Assembly (NCBI GenBank): GCA_951406725.2
Contig: OX597820.1
Location: 69,130,001-69,194,000 of the forward strand
Reading direction: 5' to 3'
Length of the DNA: 64,000 bases
Source of the DNA: Octopus vulgaris
Taxonomy: Eukaryota
In this document: piece by piece, positions 41,465-55,549 of the stretch
How the letters are laid out: each line of letters opens with the position of its first letter
Position numbering within the stretch: position 1 is the stretch's first letter
Position numbers and translations under genes: made by a program
Notes under the pieces: generated by a model
Databases searched by the model: none
What the model was told of the DNA's origin: nothing
The model's input: the letters and a program-made list of their open reading frames with translations, nothing else

Positions 41465-41887
41465 CTTATATTTTATTCCGCTGAAGTTACTGAAGTTACA
41501 AAGTGACTCAAAGTCTATCAGTTTTGCGCATGGCACTTTTCAAACTTATATACAGAAACATGAGTATAATGTTAAAAATTTATCTATGAGGAAATATACG
41601 TTATTAAATCAGCGTAGAATATTTAAGTTATTTTGGGAGACCCAGATAAATAAGTGCAAACGTAGTGGGTCTCGTTGCCATTCAAACTCAGAACTGAAAA
41701 ATGCAGCCAAACATTAAATACTATGAGGAATTTAGTCCCGTGATGGGAGACAACTTATTAATAAAATGAGCATGAGAAGGACTGTGCGATGTTCATGCGT
41801 TTTCCTTTTCTTTTTTCTTTTCAAGTGTTTTTTAACAACATAAGGGCTAGTGATTTCACTTCAGACTTGAAAGCTCAAACACTGAAA

Positions 41888-41954
<67 letters not shown>

Positions 41955-42034
41955 CCAACAAGAGACAAACACAGAGTGCGTATGGAGAGGATAGACAGAA
42001 GAGGTTGAGATTGGTGCATTCTCCTCGAGGGTTT

Positions 42035-42100
42035 TTTTGTGACGTCAGAGAAATTGTTTTCACCGGAAGTTGTAACCGGGTCGTTGCCTCCATTGCCTAC
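42035..42100. promoter_or_regulatory. Candidate promoter/enhancer: full CRE plus ETS site
   Basis: TGACGTCA at 42040-42047 and ACCGGAAGT at 42062-42070, downstream of a (GA)n tract. Confidence 0.45.
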
Positions 42101-42471
42101 TAAGAAATTCTACTAACACTACCATTGCTGCCGTGGTCAAGTTAATTAAATTACTATTATTACTCCTGGCGTTGCAGATGCTACTACCTTATATTCTTCA
42201 ACTACTACTACTACTACTACTACTACTGCTACCACCGCTGCTGCTGCTACTAATACTACTACGTCGTTTGAACTTAGTTGTAGTAGTAGTAGTTGTAGTA
42301 GTAGTATGCAGCGTTATTGTTCTCATTGTTCAACTAATAGCAATAGGAAATCTTGTTCTTATTTATCTTCTACCTTCTTTCTCACCCTCTTTCTTCTCTC
42401 ACCTCTTTTCCTATAATTTTTGTTGTTGTTGTTGTTATTTGTTTATTATCGTATCATGTTGCTATATACCC

Positions 42472-42515
<44 letters not shown>

Positions 42516-42635
42516 TCACACATATATACATACATTCCTATGTAAACACATATATATATATATATGCATTCATATATATATATATACATTTATATATGTG
42601 TATGCATATATATCCATGTATATATATTCATACAT

Positions 42636-42689
<54 letters not shown>

Positions 42690-43006
42690 TAATATATACA
42701 TACATATTCATATACATATACACACAGACACATATATATAAATACAAACATGTGTTTTATCTGTACGTCTGAATGTATGTATGTATGTATGTATGTATGT
42801 ATGTATGTATGTATGTATGTATGTATACACATACATGGTTTTGCATTTTTCTTTTCATCGACTGCTTTTTCGCCTCCAGATATAATTCTTCCTGCACAAA
42901 CTCTCGAAATTCTCTCTCAAGCTTCCTTATTTTTCTCTTCTCCACCCCCACTGCGCACACACTGTTTCTCACTCTCTCTCTCTCTCTCTCTCTCTCTATC
43001 ACTCTT

Positions 43007-43077
<71 letters not shown>

Positions 43078-43559
43078 GACCCCTCTCTCTTCCCTATTCT
43101 TTGGTTTCATCGCCCCCTCTTTGGTTTTCTCTCTCTCATATATTTCCCGCCGCTTCTCGTTCTTTCTGCTAACACTCTTTCAGAATTCTTAATACGGCTA
43201 CCCGGCTGCCATGTTTGCTATCTCTTCTGCTTCTTCTCCTCCGCTTCTTCCTTGCTTTTCTTTTCTATATCTCTAATTGTCTGCCTCTCTCTATCTCTCT
43301 CTCTCTCTCGCTCTCTCTCAATCTCTCTCTATCCCCATTCTTTCTTCCTCCCCTCCTCACATCAATATTTTGCTCTTTCTCTTGCTGTTTCTCATTCCAT
43401 GTCTGTGTTCCACCGTGTTCGAGTCGTTTCATTTAGCGTTTCACTTTTGCTCTACTCCCGTCTCTCATAAATTAACGGACGTAATGAACTAGGCTAGCTA
43501 GTAGTAACGACGCCAAATCCAGAAAGAACATACTTCAACGTCTCATATGCCCCGAAGAA

Positions 43560-43695
43560 GAGGCCTTGCCAGCCAGACTTGGCGGCAACCGACTAACCAA
43601 CCAACCAGTATGCCATGGAAACCAACTAGCCAACGGTGGAGCGCCTATACCGTAGCTCATGAACCAATCAGGCAGCCTAGAAACAGCAGTTGAAT
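43560..43695. promoter_or_regulatory. Candidate promoter: RFX X-box-like motifs and CCAAT box
   Basis: ggcggcaac, gtatgccatggaaac, aaccaatcag and gcagcctagaaac in a CpG-containing unique island. Confidence 0.4.
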
Positions 43696-43869
43696 CTTAA
43701 GTAACACATTACAACCTTTAAATAAGAAACACTCATTTGTATTTTTGTACTTATAGACATCAAAAAGAAAGACGGAAGTATCACAGTTGGAACGCTTTTC
43801 ATTTAGTTTGTCTCGTTCAGGGTTTGCCTAAGGACAAATAATATTATTAACAATAGTCTGTCGCTAACC

Positions 43870-44075
43870 AATGAAGGGACTCTCTTTGTTGCATTCGACT
43901 TGCGAGAAATAGCAGTCAAATTTACCTCAAATTACATTCTGAAATCTTAAAAAAAGAGTTTGACATATGAGATTATTAGTCGGATATAACCATCAAAGAT
44001 AAGATTGTGGCGGTTGCTATGCGTTTTGCTCAGTGGCTCAAAGAATGCTATCTATGAGGGATGTGCTAAACAACA
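43870..44075 (+). mobile_element. SINE-like repeat, family C
   Basis: cgacttgcgagaaatagcagtcaaatttacctcaaattaca..gctaaacaac. Confidence 0.55.
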
Positions 44076-44201
44076 TCATGTCTGCTAGTTACAAATACTT
44101 GAGCAATTCGTTTCCTCCCTCCCACTCTCTCTCTCTCTCTCTCTCTCTATTTCCAGTCTGTCTCTTTCTCCATTTGTGAGTGTGTGAATGCATGCATAGT
44201 A

Positions 44202-44550
44202 TACTCTTTTACGTGTTTCAGTCATTTGACTGTGGCTATGCTGGAGCACCACCTTTAGTCGAGCAAATCGACCCCAGTACTTATACTTTGCAAGCCTAGT
44301 ACTTATTCTATCGGTCTCTTTTGCCAAACCGCTAGGTTACGGGGACGTAAACACACCAACATCGGTTGTGAAGCGATGCTGGGGGGACATATACAGACAC
44401 ACAAACATACACACACACATACGACAGGCTTCTTTTGGTTTGCCCGAGGCTATAGTAGAAGGCACATGCCCAAGGTACCACGCAGTGGGACTGAACCCGG
44501 AACCATGTGGTTCGTAAGCAATTTACTTACCACACAGCCACTCCTACGCC
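44202..44550 (-). mobile_element. Family A SINE, young, with internal deletion
   Basis: Near-exact reverse complement of 49069-49498, lacking the ccttgtgagtggatttggtagacggaaactg segment. Confidence 0.92.
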
Positions 44551-46009
44551 TGACGAAAGGTTTTAAAAATTCGCTTCGCAACCACGCCCACCTGGTTTCT
44601 CTTCCACTGCATTATTTTAGGGTTGTTCATGCTTTTTGAGTGAAATTAGATTGACAGAAAGTATTTAGAGACCCATCGGATGGATTGTACCCGAAATTCA
44701 AAGGTTCAGATTTGTCACACGCTAATTCGCATTGATTCTGTCTCAAAATTATGTTAAGAGTATTCGTGTCTGTGGAGTACTCCACCAATTACATTTCAAT
44801 GAGCAAGTAATTCAGTTGATCGAACCACTGAATTCTAATCGTCGAAACCAGCGGAGATCCATCCATATGAGTGTATATATGGCTATGTTTAATACACATT
44901 TCACACACACACTTGTATAACGAAAAATGATTGAATGGCCAGATGGATGGATAAATAGATGGATGGATGGATAGATGGATAGGTGGATGCATGCATGGAT
45001 AGAGAGATTGGTGGAGGGATAAATAGATAGATATGCGTCATAAATGTAGGATATGTCCTTTTGATACAAGTAGCTTGTTAAACAAAGTATCAATCGTAAA
45101 TCTTGTAACGAAATCCTAAGACCTTTTCATTACAAACACCACGCGGAAATTGGGTGACGAAGATCATTGAATTATCCTTATCGTATTTATTCCACTCTTC
45201 TATGCAACCAAGAATTGTTACCAAGTGTTTTTGTTATTGCTGCTGCTGCTGCTGCTGCTGCTGCCGCTGCCTCTGCTGCAGTTATTCTTATTGTTGTCCT
45301 TGTTTTTGTTGCTGTTGGTTTGTTGTTTTTGTCTTCGAATATTTTCTTTTCATTTATTTTCTCACAAACTCATTTTATGCATGGATATTATAAATTCTTC
45401 GAGATTGATTTCTGCTCTTTTAGAACTCTTTTTGAACGAATAGTTAGTTTTCTTGTCTACTGAGCTGTGGAATATTTCGTTGCTGTTGGTTCTCTTGTTG
45501 TTCTTTTTGTTGTTATTGTCATTGTCTTTGCTATTAGTTTTCTTGTTATTGTTGTTTTGTATCTAAGTTTTAAATATTGGATAGAAGAGACAACTAAAAC
45601 TGAACTTGACAATCAATCATGTCTTTCGAATTATTTACCGTAAGACGGTGTGGGGCGATGTTGGAGGGTTAGAAAGGGAAAAGTTAAGAAATAAAAGGAG
45701 GGAAGATAGAGAGTAAATAGACGGTCAGATAAACATACGGATAATAGTATTCATGATAAATAAAAAATGACGTCAAAGACTTGAAAACACGGCGGAAGCC
45801 ATTTAGGCAGTCAACAGTCATTTGGTCTCAATCTGCTGATGTGAACAGGAGACTAAAAGACCGATTAGCGAAAGACAGCTTCAGAGAATATGTAGCCCTA
45901 TTTACTTTACGTGTTATTAAAGCGCGCGCGTACGCCCACAACCTCCTTCCTTCGCACCTAGAGGAAGACAGAGGACACCTTGTGTTTGTGATGGAATTTT
46001 TGTAGATAT

Positions 46010-46415
46010 GGCTGTGTGAATAAAACAGCACAGGCTGCAACCACGTAGTAGTTTGGGCAAGTATCGAGTCGGGCTATAGGGAATTCAGCAAGCGGAAACA
46101 GAGTAGAGTGTATGTATGTATGTATATGTGTGGGTATATGTCAGTGTATAAGTTTATATATGAGTGTGTTTGTCCCCTTAATGCTTGATAACAGGTGTTG
46201 GTTTCTTTGCCTTTCGTATCTCAGCAAACGACACCGTTTGTCCCATTACCGCTTGATAATAGGTGTTGGGTTGTTTGCCTTCCGCAGCTCAGCAAACGAC
46301 ACCGTTAGAACGAGTACTGGACTTTAAATTAAGTACTGGGATCAATTTTGTTCGAGTAAACTCTTTATGGCGGGGTCCTAGCAGGGCTGCAGTGTTGTGA
46401 CTGAGACAAATAAAA
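46010..46415 (+). mobile_element. Diverged family A SINE with 68-bp tandem duplication
   Basis: Units 46169-46236 and 46237-46304, with tail ggcggggtcctagcagggctgcag..tgactgagac. Confidence 0.7.
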
Positions 46416-46879
46416 GGCGTTTTATATCATGGAACTGCTCGAACAATGGAGAAATTGCAATAAAATAACAACAGCAACAACAACGTTCTGTCGCAACGCC
46501 TTCTACTCCATCACAATATAATTATTTTTGTATGTCTTTTTTACAAGGATAATGCTTAAAGACCATATTATTTTCTTGTAACCACCAAGGGGATTTTGTG
46601 ACACGACAGCTATATAGATTTCAGGCGTATTAGTATCATGACACAAATAGGAATCGAAACTGTCAAGATGAGTTCAAATCTTAGAAACCATTATTAAATT
46701 GTGGTTTAATTCGCTCTCTCCATATATACACGTACATACAAAGACGCTCAGACATTATTGGGAAATAATTACACTCTTAAAACGTTAACTTAAGGCTGTT
46801 ACAGAATTCCTTTGATAATAACGAGAGAAAAAGGGATCAATTTCTTGCTCATCCCTCTCTCTCTCTCTCTCTCTTATAT

Positions 46880-47270
46880 ACACACCTCTCCATCCACACC
46901 CACACACACACATCCTACTCCAACATACCCCACCCATACTCTCACATGCCCCACCCCTACCTCCACAACATCACCCCAAGCCTACACCCCACCCGCACAT
47001 TTCACACCACACCCTCACCTCACATCCCTACATCCCACCCTCACATCCCCACACCCTATCCTCACATCCCCACACTCCAATACCGCCACACCACACACCA
47101 CATTACACCACCCCGCACACACTAGCACTGAACACTTCCCAGCACTCACACCTTCATCCACATACCCACAGAATACAGACGTGCACACTTACATACGCAC
47201 ACATCCACACGTCAAAGACCCTATCCACACGCACACACTTACACTCTCTCACATACACACACGCACCTGC
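46880..47270. repeat. C/A-rich low-complexity tract with 21-bp minisatellite
   Basis: cctcacatccc(c/t)aca.. occurs three times at 47018-47080. The minus strand is rich in G runs. Confidence 0.85.
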
Positions 47271-47390
47271 ACCTTCATTTTGGGATCTCTAATACTTTAT
47301 TATCTCCCCCTTCTTCCCAGTTCTCTCGTCTAACTACCTTTGTCCAGCTAGTCGCCATGATTGACCGCTATCTCCAAAAGTATTTTATTT

Positions 47391-47430
<40 letters not shown>

Positions 47431-47434
<4 letters not shown>

Positions 47435-47573
47435 ATTTCCTCGAGTTCCTTTCGGTTGAAGAGCGTAGGCTCGAAACGTAAAAGACTTTCTCACCTTCCC
47501 GAGCTTTAAACAAATACACCTGCTTGTTGCTTATGCACCCGTCTTCGTCTTTTGTTTTTCTGTAAATTTCAAC

Positions 47574-47575
<2 letters not shown>
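47431..47575 (+). mobile_element. Short hammerhead-bearing element (same family as 54720-54895)
   Basis: Lies between (CT)n and (TA)n. cttt-CGGTTGA-a-GAG(cgtagg)CTC-GAAAC-GTA-aaag at 47449-47484. Confidence 0.7.
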
Positions 47576-47635
<60 letters not shown>

Positions 47636-49068
47636 ACTCCGGGAGTGTTATAGATGGGAGTGAAAAAATAAAAATAAAGCACTACAAAAATAAAATGAAA
47701 AGATAAGAATTTTACAAATAAGCGAAAATACCGTGACGTGAATTGTTTCTGTTGATGTCAAGTTTTTGCTTTTCATTTTTCTTTCTCTTTACTTTTTTAA
47801 TTTTATTCTATTTATTTATTTATTTATTGAAGGTTTCGACCTGCTTGCGTAAATTACACTTACATATTTGTATAAAACTTATAAAATGGCTTGTTTGTGT
47901 GAGTAATATATATTCCATGCGAAAATTTCATAATAGTTGAAAGGAACAAATGAGCCCGCCCCCCACTGCAATCCCAGAAACCACATCGTAAATCCTTTCT
48001 ATTTCTGTCTATATCATTGTTGATGGTGAATCGATTAACTTAACCGCAAATATAAAACCCTTGTTATAGTTTTAAGAAGTGCAACTGTATGCTTTGAAAT
48101 CCCTCAGTGAAATTGCCACTTAGAATAACAATCGGATTATTCTGGGCAAAGTGTTCTTTTTTTTTCTCAACACACACACACATAATCACCCAATCACTCA
48201 TATTTGCATGCTTAATCCTAAACAGATATTCACACACTGATATATACTGACTTAAACACACGCTCACACATACACATTTACACACAGAAACTCAAAAATA
48301 CGGATGGATAACAATTCTCTCCCCCTCTCTTTTCTCTCTTTCTCTCACACACACTTATGCACATACGCACATAAGAGCGCATGAATAAATGCATTTAGGT
48401 TTGACCACATCTAACATGTGCACACACACACACGTACGCACAAATACTTACACAAACGCGCACACGCATCACTTTTGGAACGATGGATCGCGAAGCACAT
48501 GAAACTATAAATACTATGTGAATATTGGTCAGTAAAACCCTTTATATATGTGCGGTAGTGTGTGTATAAATATGTACTTATTTATATATGTGTATATATT
48601 TCTACATGTGCGACTACAAATATCCAGATTTCTATATGTCAAAATATTTGCGCTTTCAGATTAATTCTATACATTGACTTATGCTTTTTATGTTTATAGC
48701 AAAATTTAATGAAATTCATTTTCAGCTCGCGTACAAAAGCTCTCAACAAGATATGACCTGTCGATCAATTGTCACTCACTTTCAACGGTTCGTACATCTT
48801 ACTCTAAATACTATAAGCTAAATAAATCCGTTCTTCAATCTTGTAGGTGGGTTTTTTTTTTTCTTTTAACAGCTTCGGCATGATATATATCATCCAATTT
48901 TCTTACGTTTTTTTTTTAATGGTCAGAAAACATGTTGTTACACATATTTTGTCTAAACTGAATGCAATTAAACACTATTAAATATCTATTTTGTTCAAAA
49001 TTTATAATTTATGAGTTGTACATTAAACAGCGAAAATCCAAACAATAACTTCTCTAATTATTGTCAAT

Positions 49069-49227
49069 GGAGTGGCTGTAGGGTAAGTAGCTTGCTTACG
49101 AACTACATGGTTCCGGGTTCAGTCCCACTGCGGGGTACCTTGGAGAAGTGTCTTCTACTATAGCCTCGGGCCGACCAAAGCCCTGTGAGTGGATTTGGTA
49201 GACGGAAACTGAAAGAAGCACGTCATA

Positions 49228-49260
<33 letters not shown>

Positions 49261-49498
49261 GGGTGTGTGTGTGTGTATGTGTGTATGTTTGTGTGTCTGT
49301 GTTTCTCATCCCAACATCGCTTGACAACCGATGGTAGTGTGTTTACGTCCCCGTAACTTAGCGGTTCGGCAAATGAGACCGATAGAATAATTACTAGGTT
49401 TACAAAGAATAAGTCCTGGTGTCGATTTGCTCGACTAAAGGCGGTGCTCCAGCATGGCCACAGTCAAATGACTGAAACACGTAAAAGAGTAAAAGAGT
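49069..49498 (+). mobile_element. Family A SINE, essentially full length
   Basis: A box tggctgtagggt, B box ggttcagtccc, CORE-like segment, internal microsatellite and (aaagagt) tail. Confidence 0.93.
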
Positions 49499-50241
49499 AT
49501 ATCCTGGCAGATTCGAACATGAATTGTTGGTGTCTTACGTCTTCGGAGAACATCCCCTTATAGACAAAGCGTGTTCTTAACACATGCGATTCACGGGTGT
49601 AGGAGGATTTTGAAATACAGCGATGTTTCGACTTTTTTGGATGTCTCAGCCAAAACTACCCGGAATCGATTAATCTAACAGATTTTTGAGTGACTTTTGT
49701 AGCATTCTGCTTATTAAAAATAATGTGTATGTATATATGTTTATGCGTAAGCATATGTATATATATATATATGTGTATGTATTTACATGCATGTGTATAT
49801 ATATAAGTATGTATGTGTGTGTGAGTGTGTGTGCATGCGCATGCGCAGGCACATACTCTCTAATATATGCAATCATACATATTGGAAATCTAAATGAGAC
49901 AAGAAAAAATGCCATTATTTCTGTTATTCTAACATATTCATAAACTGTGATAGACGATACAACCTGGCGATTTGAACATCTGTTAATCCGCTAGAGATAG
50001 ACAGATATGACCACTGTCTATTGATTGATTACGGAGATCAATCGACTGCATATGTATTGCATAAACACTGTCTATTCATATTTAATGAATGACTATTTCG
50101 AACACATGTTTTTCAAATATACGTAGATATATATGGATAGATATATAAACGCCCGCGGCTAATGTCTTGGAATGTAGTAAAAATATGTATCCTTGCTAAA
50201 TCGGTACCATGCGATCTTTCGATAGTAAAACTGTATTATAC

Positions 50242-50318
<77 letters not shown>

Positions 50319-50586
50319 TTATATATATATTTATTTATTCATATATACATGCACATGTATATATATATTGTGTATGCACATATCAATGTATGCGTGTGCA
50401 CGGTTTTATATTCGCATTTATGTATATTTAGGTAAGCCTATTTAATCGCATATATACGTGTTTATATGCATATATGCATGTGCGTGTGTATCAATCATTT
50501 ATTTTTGATACTATTGTCGGAAACGGTGTTATGAATAAAGAATTTCAAAAATTCATTTTTACACATGTGAGTGTATATGTATGTAC

Positions 50587-50651
<65 letters not shown>

Positions 50652-53057
50652 AACATATATATATATATATATATAAACATATATATATATATGTATGTAT
50701 GTATATATATATGCGTATACACGTATGAACACAAGTACGCATATCCTTAACTTATAAATACAAATAGACTAATGTGTACAATCTAATACATGTGTAGAAT
50801 ATAGTACTTCTGATACAAACGCACCGCATCAAACATATGTACATAAACATATTTAATGTATATGATTATGTGCATGTGTATGTGTGTATTGCGTGTGCTT
50901 TTTATGCCTACCCCCTTTCTCTTTATAGTATACATGTGTGTGAGAAGATTGTTATATCTTTTGAGTTGTTTAAATGCGTCGTAGGCATGTGGTGTTTAAA
51001 AGCAAAAGGTATATCCTCTTTGAACTCTTAGTACCTCTGTTAAGAACGTATACTTGTTAAAGACCAAAGAGTAAATACGAAAACATACGACAGACTTTAT
51101 ATTCAATAACCTCATTTATTTTGTTGTCTCTTTGTATAATGAAATATGAATTGAATTACTTATGATGCATCAATGTAGCATACAATCAGCGTTTCTTTGC
51201 ATTCATTATTTACTTAATATTTCGTTTAACTCTAAAATTCAGACATACTGATATGACCTCAGGAGTAAAGGTTAAAGTGTAAAAAGAAAATGGCAGCCGA
51301 GTGATTTCCGTCTTTGTTTAGAGGTTTATTTCTTTCTCTGTAATGAAATTGAAAATTTGCTTTTGTTGATGCGAATTAGCTCTGGCTCAGTCTTGCTCGT
51401 GAAAAATAATGATCAAATCATTGTAGTCGTGACCATCCCGTCTAATGAATATATAATTAAAGTGCCGGATAGGTTGTTTCGTAGTATTTGTTACCCTCTG
51501 CGTCCTGAAAACTAGTACCGCCGAGGTAATTAGCTATATCCTTGTATAACGAAATATGAAGTATGAATTGAATTACTTACGATGCTCCAACGAGATATAG
51601 TACCTCTGCTTTTCATATCTTCAGGATCGACAAAACTGCACCAATCTAGGATAACAGATTATCCAGATTAAAACATCGTCCAACCGGGGGGCTACAGTAT
51701 TTTGTTCCAATACTTTTCGTTCTGAGTTCAAGTATAGAGGTGGCCTATTTCGGTGGTAGATTTTTATCCATTGGCCCGTTTAAGATCATAACCTATCACA
51801 TGAGGTGAATTTAACGAAGTCCATTTTGTTGTAAGCGATCGAGTCACATTTCCGGTTTGAGAAGACTTTCTTCCTTTTTTACTGATCTCATAAAGTATCA
51901 TGAACAATACCTTCCGTTATGACTAAAAGATGACTACGATCTGCAGAATCTATAAGTTACTCAGCCTCCAACACATAACTTGATAACTTAAGTGAAAGTT
52001 TAGACAGAATGAGACGATTGGGCGTGGCCTTTTTGACGCTGAAGATTTGGCACACCTGACTGAACAGTCAGCTTGTTTTTGTGACAGTACTTATTGGCAC
52101 TGGAGGCAAATGCTCATATTTCCTCGCTCCCACGCGTTTAAATGCGTTCATGTAAATATAGAGAGTGAGAGAGATATTACACTTATATCGTTTTAAAGAT
52201 AATGTTATTCAGTTTTTTTCTTAAAATATTCCTGTCACAATTATTATTGACATTTAATATTTCGCCGAATTTATTTACCTAACGAAGTATTATTACTAGT
52301 GCGGTGCGTGTTGCACATCTGGCAAGGCGTTGTAAAAAGTATCTTGTGATACATAATGATTGCTCTTTACCATCTGAGATCAGTTCCAGTTCAGGTCAAC
52401 GTTAACTTTAATACTTTGGTAGATTATTAATCGACAGTACCCTTCTCCAGAGTTTGATGTTAACGGTTATGTCTGTATGCAATATTTCAATGTACAGAGC
52501 TTCCAGTTACCTACAATATATCTGAAATATCATTGCCTAATAATTTTTGTTCTGATGCTGAACCTATAGGCTTGTCATGATTCAGCGGATCTATCATCAA
52601 AAGCCTTCCAACCGTGATCATTCAGTTAGTTTATTTTAGACATAGATGTCTATAGAATTATCATTTATATTTTAGTGTGGGTGTAATTATTTGTGATTTG
52701 AAGGAAATTTCGAGAAATCATGTAGAGATTCTGTAATTGGTTCGTATTATTGTCTTACATATTGTATATGTAAAACATTTTCGAGCTGTTTAAAATTTAG
52801 CGCAGAAAAATTTTAGAAACTTCCTTTTCTTTTAGAATGTCCTTTTCTTTTAAACTGTTTTGTAGTATTCATTCTAGAAAACCAAACATTTATGGCAGTT
52901 ATCTCCCTTCTCATAGAATGCTCTTCAGTGAATGGCGTGTGCAATTTGTTAAAGATTCCAAGAAGACAGTTCTTGGATAAAAGAGAGAAAATATCTAAGT
53001 GCATTATATTGCTATGAAAACGGTGTGTTCCACATACATGTCAAATATACAGTGGAA

Positions 53058-53121
<64 letters not shown>

Positions 53122-54671
53122 GTGTGTGCACGCGCTTGCGCATTGTTTTGCATAGCGAACATGCGCCCAACATAAATTATATGAGACGTATAATCAATAT
53201 TTTATCAAATAGAAAACATTAAACATAAAAAAACAAAATGATTCACTAGCAGTACTTTAGATTTGTTAAATGTTCCTTTTCGATGTCAGAGATGTACAAT
53301 AGCAAGAAAGGTTAAAGTTCACGATAATCGAAATCCAGCCGACTTGATTTGAAGCTGTCACACATTGATTGATGATTTGAATGGAGCGGAGAGGAGAATA
53401 TGACTAGAGAAGACAAAAGAAAAACTGCTGTTTAAAAAAAAAAGTAAAGAGAGAAAATGAAGCACAAAATGGTTGTGTCTATAGTAAAGATAGAAGAGAA
53501 CATGGCAAATAGTATTGTTGGCCGGAGGATAAGGAGCTTGGCTAGCGAACAAGGATAATTGTGACGGTTTTTCTGACGATTTCATTGTTCTTTCGCTTGT
53601 AGAGAATGTTGAGTCATATGTTTATCAATCGCCATTTTCATTCAGCCTTACGTTTCATTTACGTTCTCTCTACCTAGACAACTCTGTCTCTTTACTCAAA
53701 GTAATTTTTTTCCGTCTCTTTTCCACTGTTTTATTGCACGACAAGATATAGACTTTTAATATATAACAGCTTATTGCGTTAAAACTTTAAATACATGCAG
53801 TAATATTTGATCCACCTCCCTCGAACCAAGCTTGTACCCATATGCACTTAAATTACATCTATATATATATATATATATATAACAAAAAGAAAAGCGGTTT
53901 ACTTTCATTTCTTGGTATATTTTCCAGTTTTTAACTATTTCTGTCTTTACACATTAACTCATATTTCCTTGCAAAAACAAATCATTTTTGGAAATATGTT
54001 ACTTTATGCAAGAATTTTCATTTTTTTCTTCAGCTACGCAAATTTTTTTTCAACGTTTACTAAATCCTCTATAAAGAGGTCGGTCAAATGGTTTATTTTT
54101 TAAAATATTTTGCTGCAATATTTTTAAAGAAATGAATATTACTGTATTACTTTGAAACTAGATTTGGAATTAAACTGATTATCTTTCAAGGATGTGTTTC
54201 GAAAATAAAATTGAAAATGGAAATACATCCCATTTAAATTTTGCTGTTCTTTTCTTAATTAATTTAAGCTGCCTTGCGTGTTATACTCTTTACCAGCCCC
54301 AACCCAACGGAAGCCTATTTCCCTATTACTACCATGATTGTATTAGTGAATTCCTTCTTCCCGCCTTTTGGTTTTTCCTTTCTTTGATTATCTGTCTTCA
54401 GGACGCATCCAGGTCGTTTTTAGTGTCCTTAACACTAAGACACTTTCCCCCCAGTAATCTGATTATAACAGAATTATTAGTCTACGAGTTATTCTATATA
54501 TTTCTGTAATTAAATGAATCTAGAATAGAGATTGGTCTTTAGTCAGATTTAAATATTCATGGAAAATAAGTTAAGTAAATTTATCAATAACACTGTTAAG
54601 TTTTAAGTTTTACTGTCTTATGAGACGCTGTCTAAACACATAAACACATAGACACAAACACACAGGTGTGC

Positions 54672-54719
<48 letters not shown>

Positions 54720-54895
54720 TATTTTCTCTATTTTCTCTCTTTATTTTCTCTCCTTGTTTCTTTCTGTGTTCCTTTCTGTGGAAGAGCCTAGGCTCGAAAC
54801 GTCAAAGACGTTTTCACTTCCCGAGCGTTATACTAATGCCTCTATTTGTTGTCTACATCACCTGTCTTCGTCTTTTTTTTGTGAATTCTCCCTAT
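54720..54895 (+). mobile_element. Short hammerhead-bearing element in (TA)n
   Basis: cttt-CTGTGGA-a-GAG(cctagg)CTC-GAAAC-GTC-aaag at 54772-54807. Collinear with 47431-47575. Confidence 0.7.
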
Positions 54896-55169
54896 ATGTA
54901 CATATACATATGTACATATGCATATGTTTAAAGCAGGGGCAATTCGTAAATGTTCACCATGACTTAGTCAGGTTAACCATATTCATTATGTTACTGAAAC
55001 AGTATTGCTAACACTTACTTAGAAGGAAATAACTGAAATAAGAATAACAAATCCATCGAAAAATTAAGTCCTTGAAGCGACAAGTTCATGTTTAACTGGC
55101 ATAATGTCCTTTTTTATGCAAAAGACATGCGCGCGCACTCCCACACACTCCCCCACACACACACTCGCA

Positions 55170-55174
55170 TAGAC

Positions 55175-55243
<69 letters not shown>
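55170..55243. repeat. (GATA)n microsatellite
   Basis: Direct reading. Confidence 0.95.
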
Positions 55244-55245
<2 letters not shown>

Positions 55246-55549
55246 GCTTGATCTGCCGGAAATAGCAGCTTCAAGCACGCTCTAGCGTTTTAAATAAAGA
55301 AGTAAGGAATGTACACTCTGATTTAAAAATAAAAACGAGATGGCCATGGCCAGAGTGCTCTTTTGTTTGTAGGATAATGACATTCCTATTACAAATATAT
55401 ATATGTTTGATTCTGGCAAAAGTATATGTGCATCTGCAACTCTGTATCTATCGATGTAAGTGCAACTTTACCCATGTAGAAATGAGCGAGACGAATCTAA
55501 TATAACATTCACTAGTCTGTCTGCCAAACTGTACAATCCGTTTTGGGTT

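Noticed and set aside
51133-51587. About 40-bp direct repeat (tgtataa.gaaatatgaa..ttgaattactta.gatgc) about 410 bp apart
   Set aside because: Real but short and AT-rich, lying among decayed SINE fragments. No TSD, LTR or array logic is supportable.
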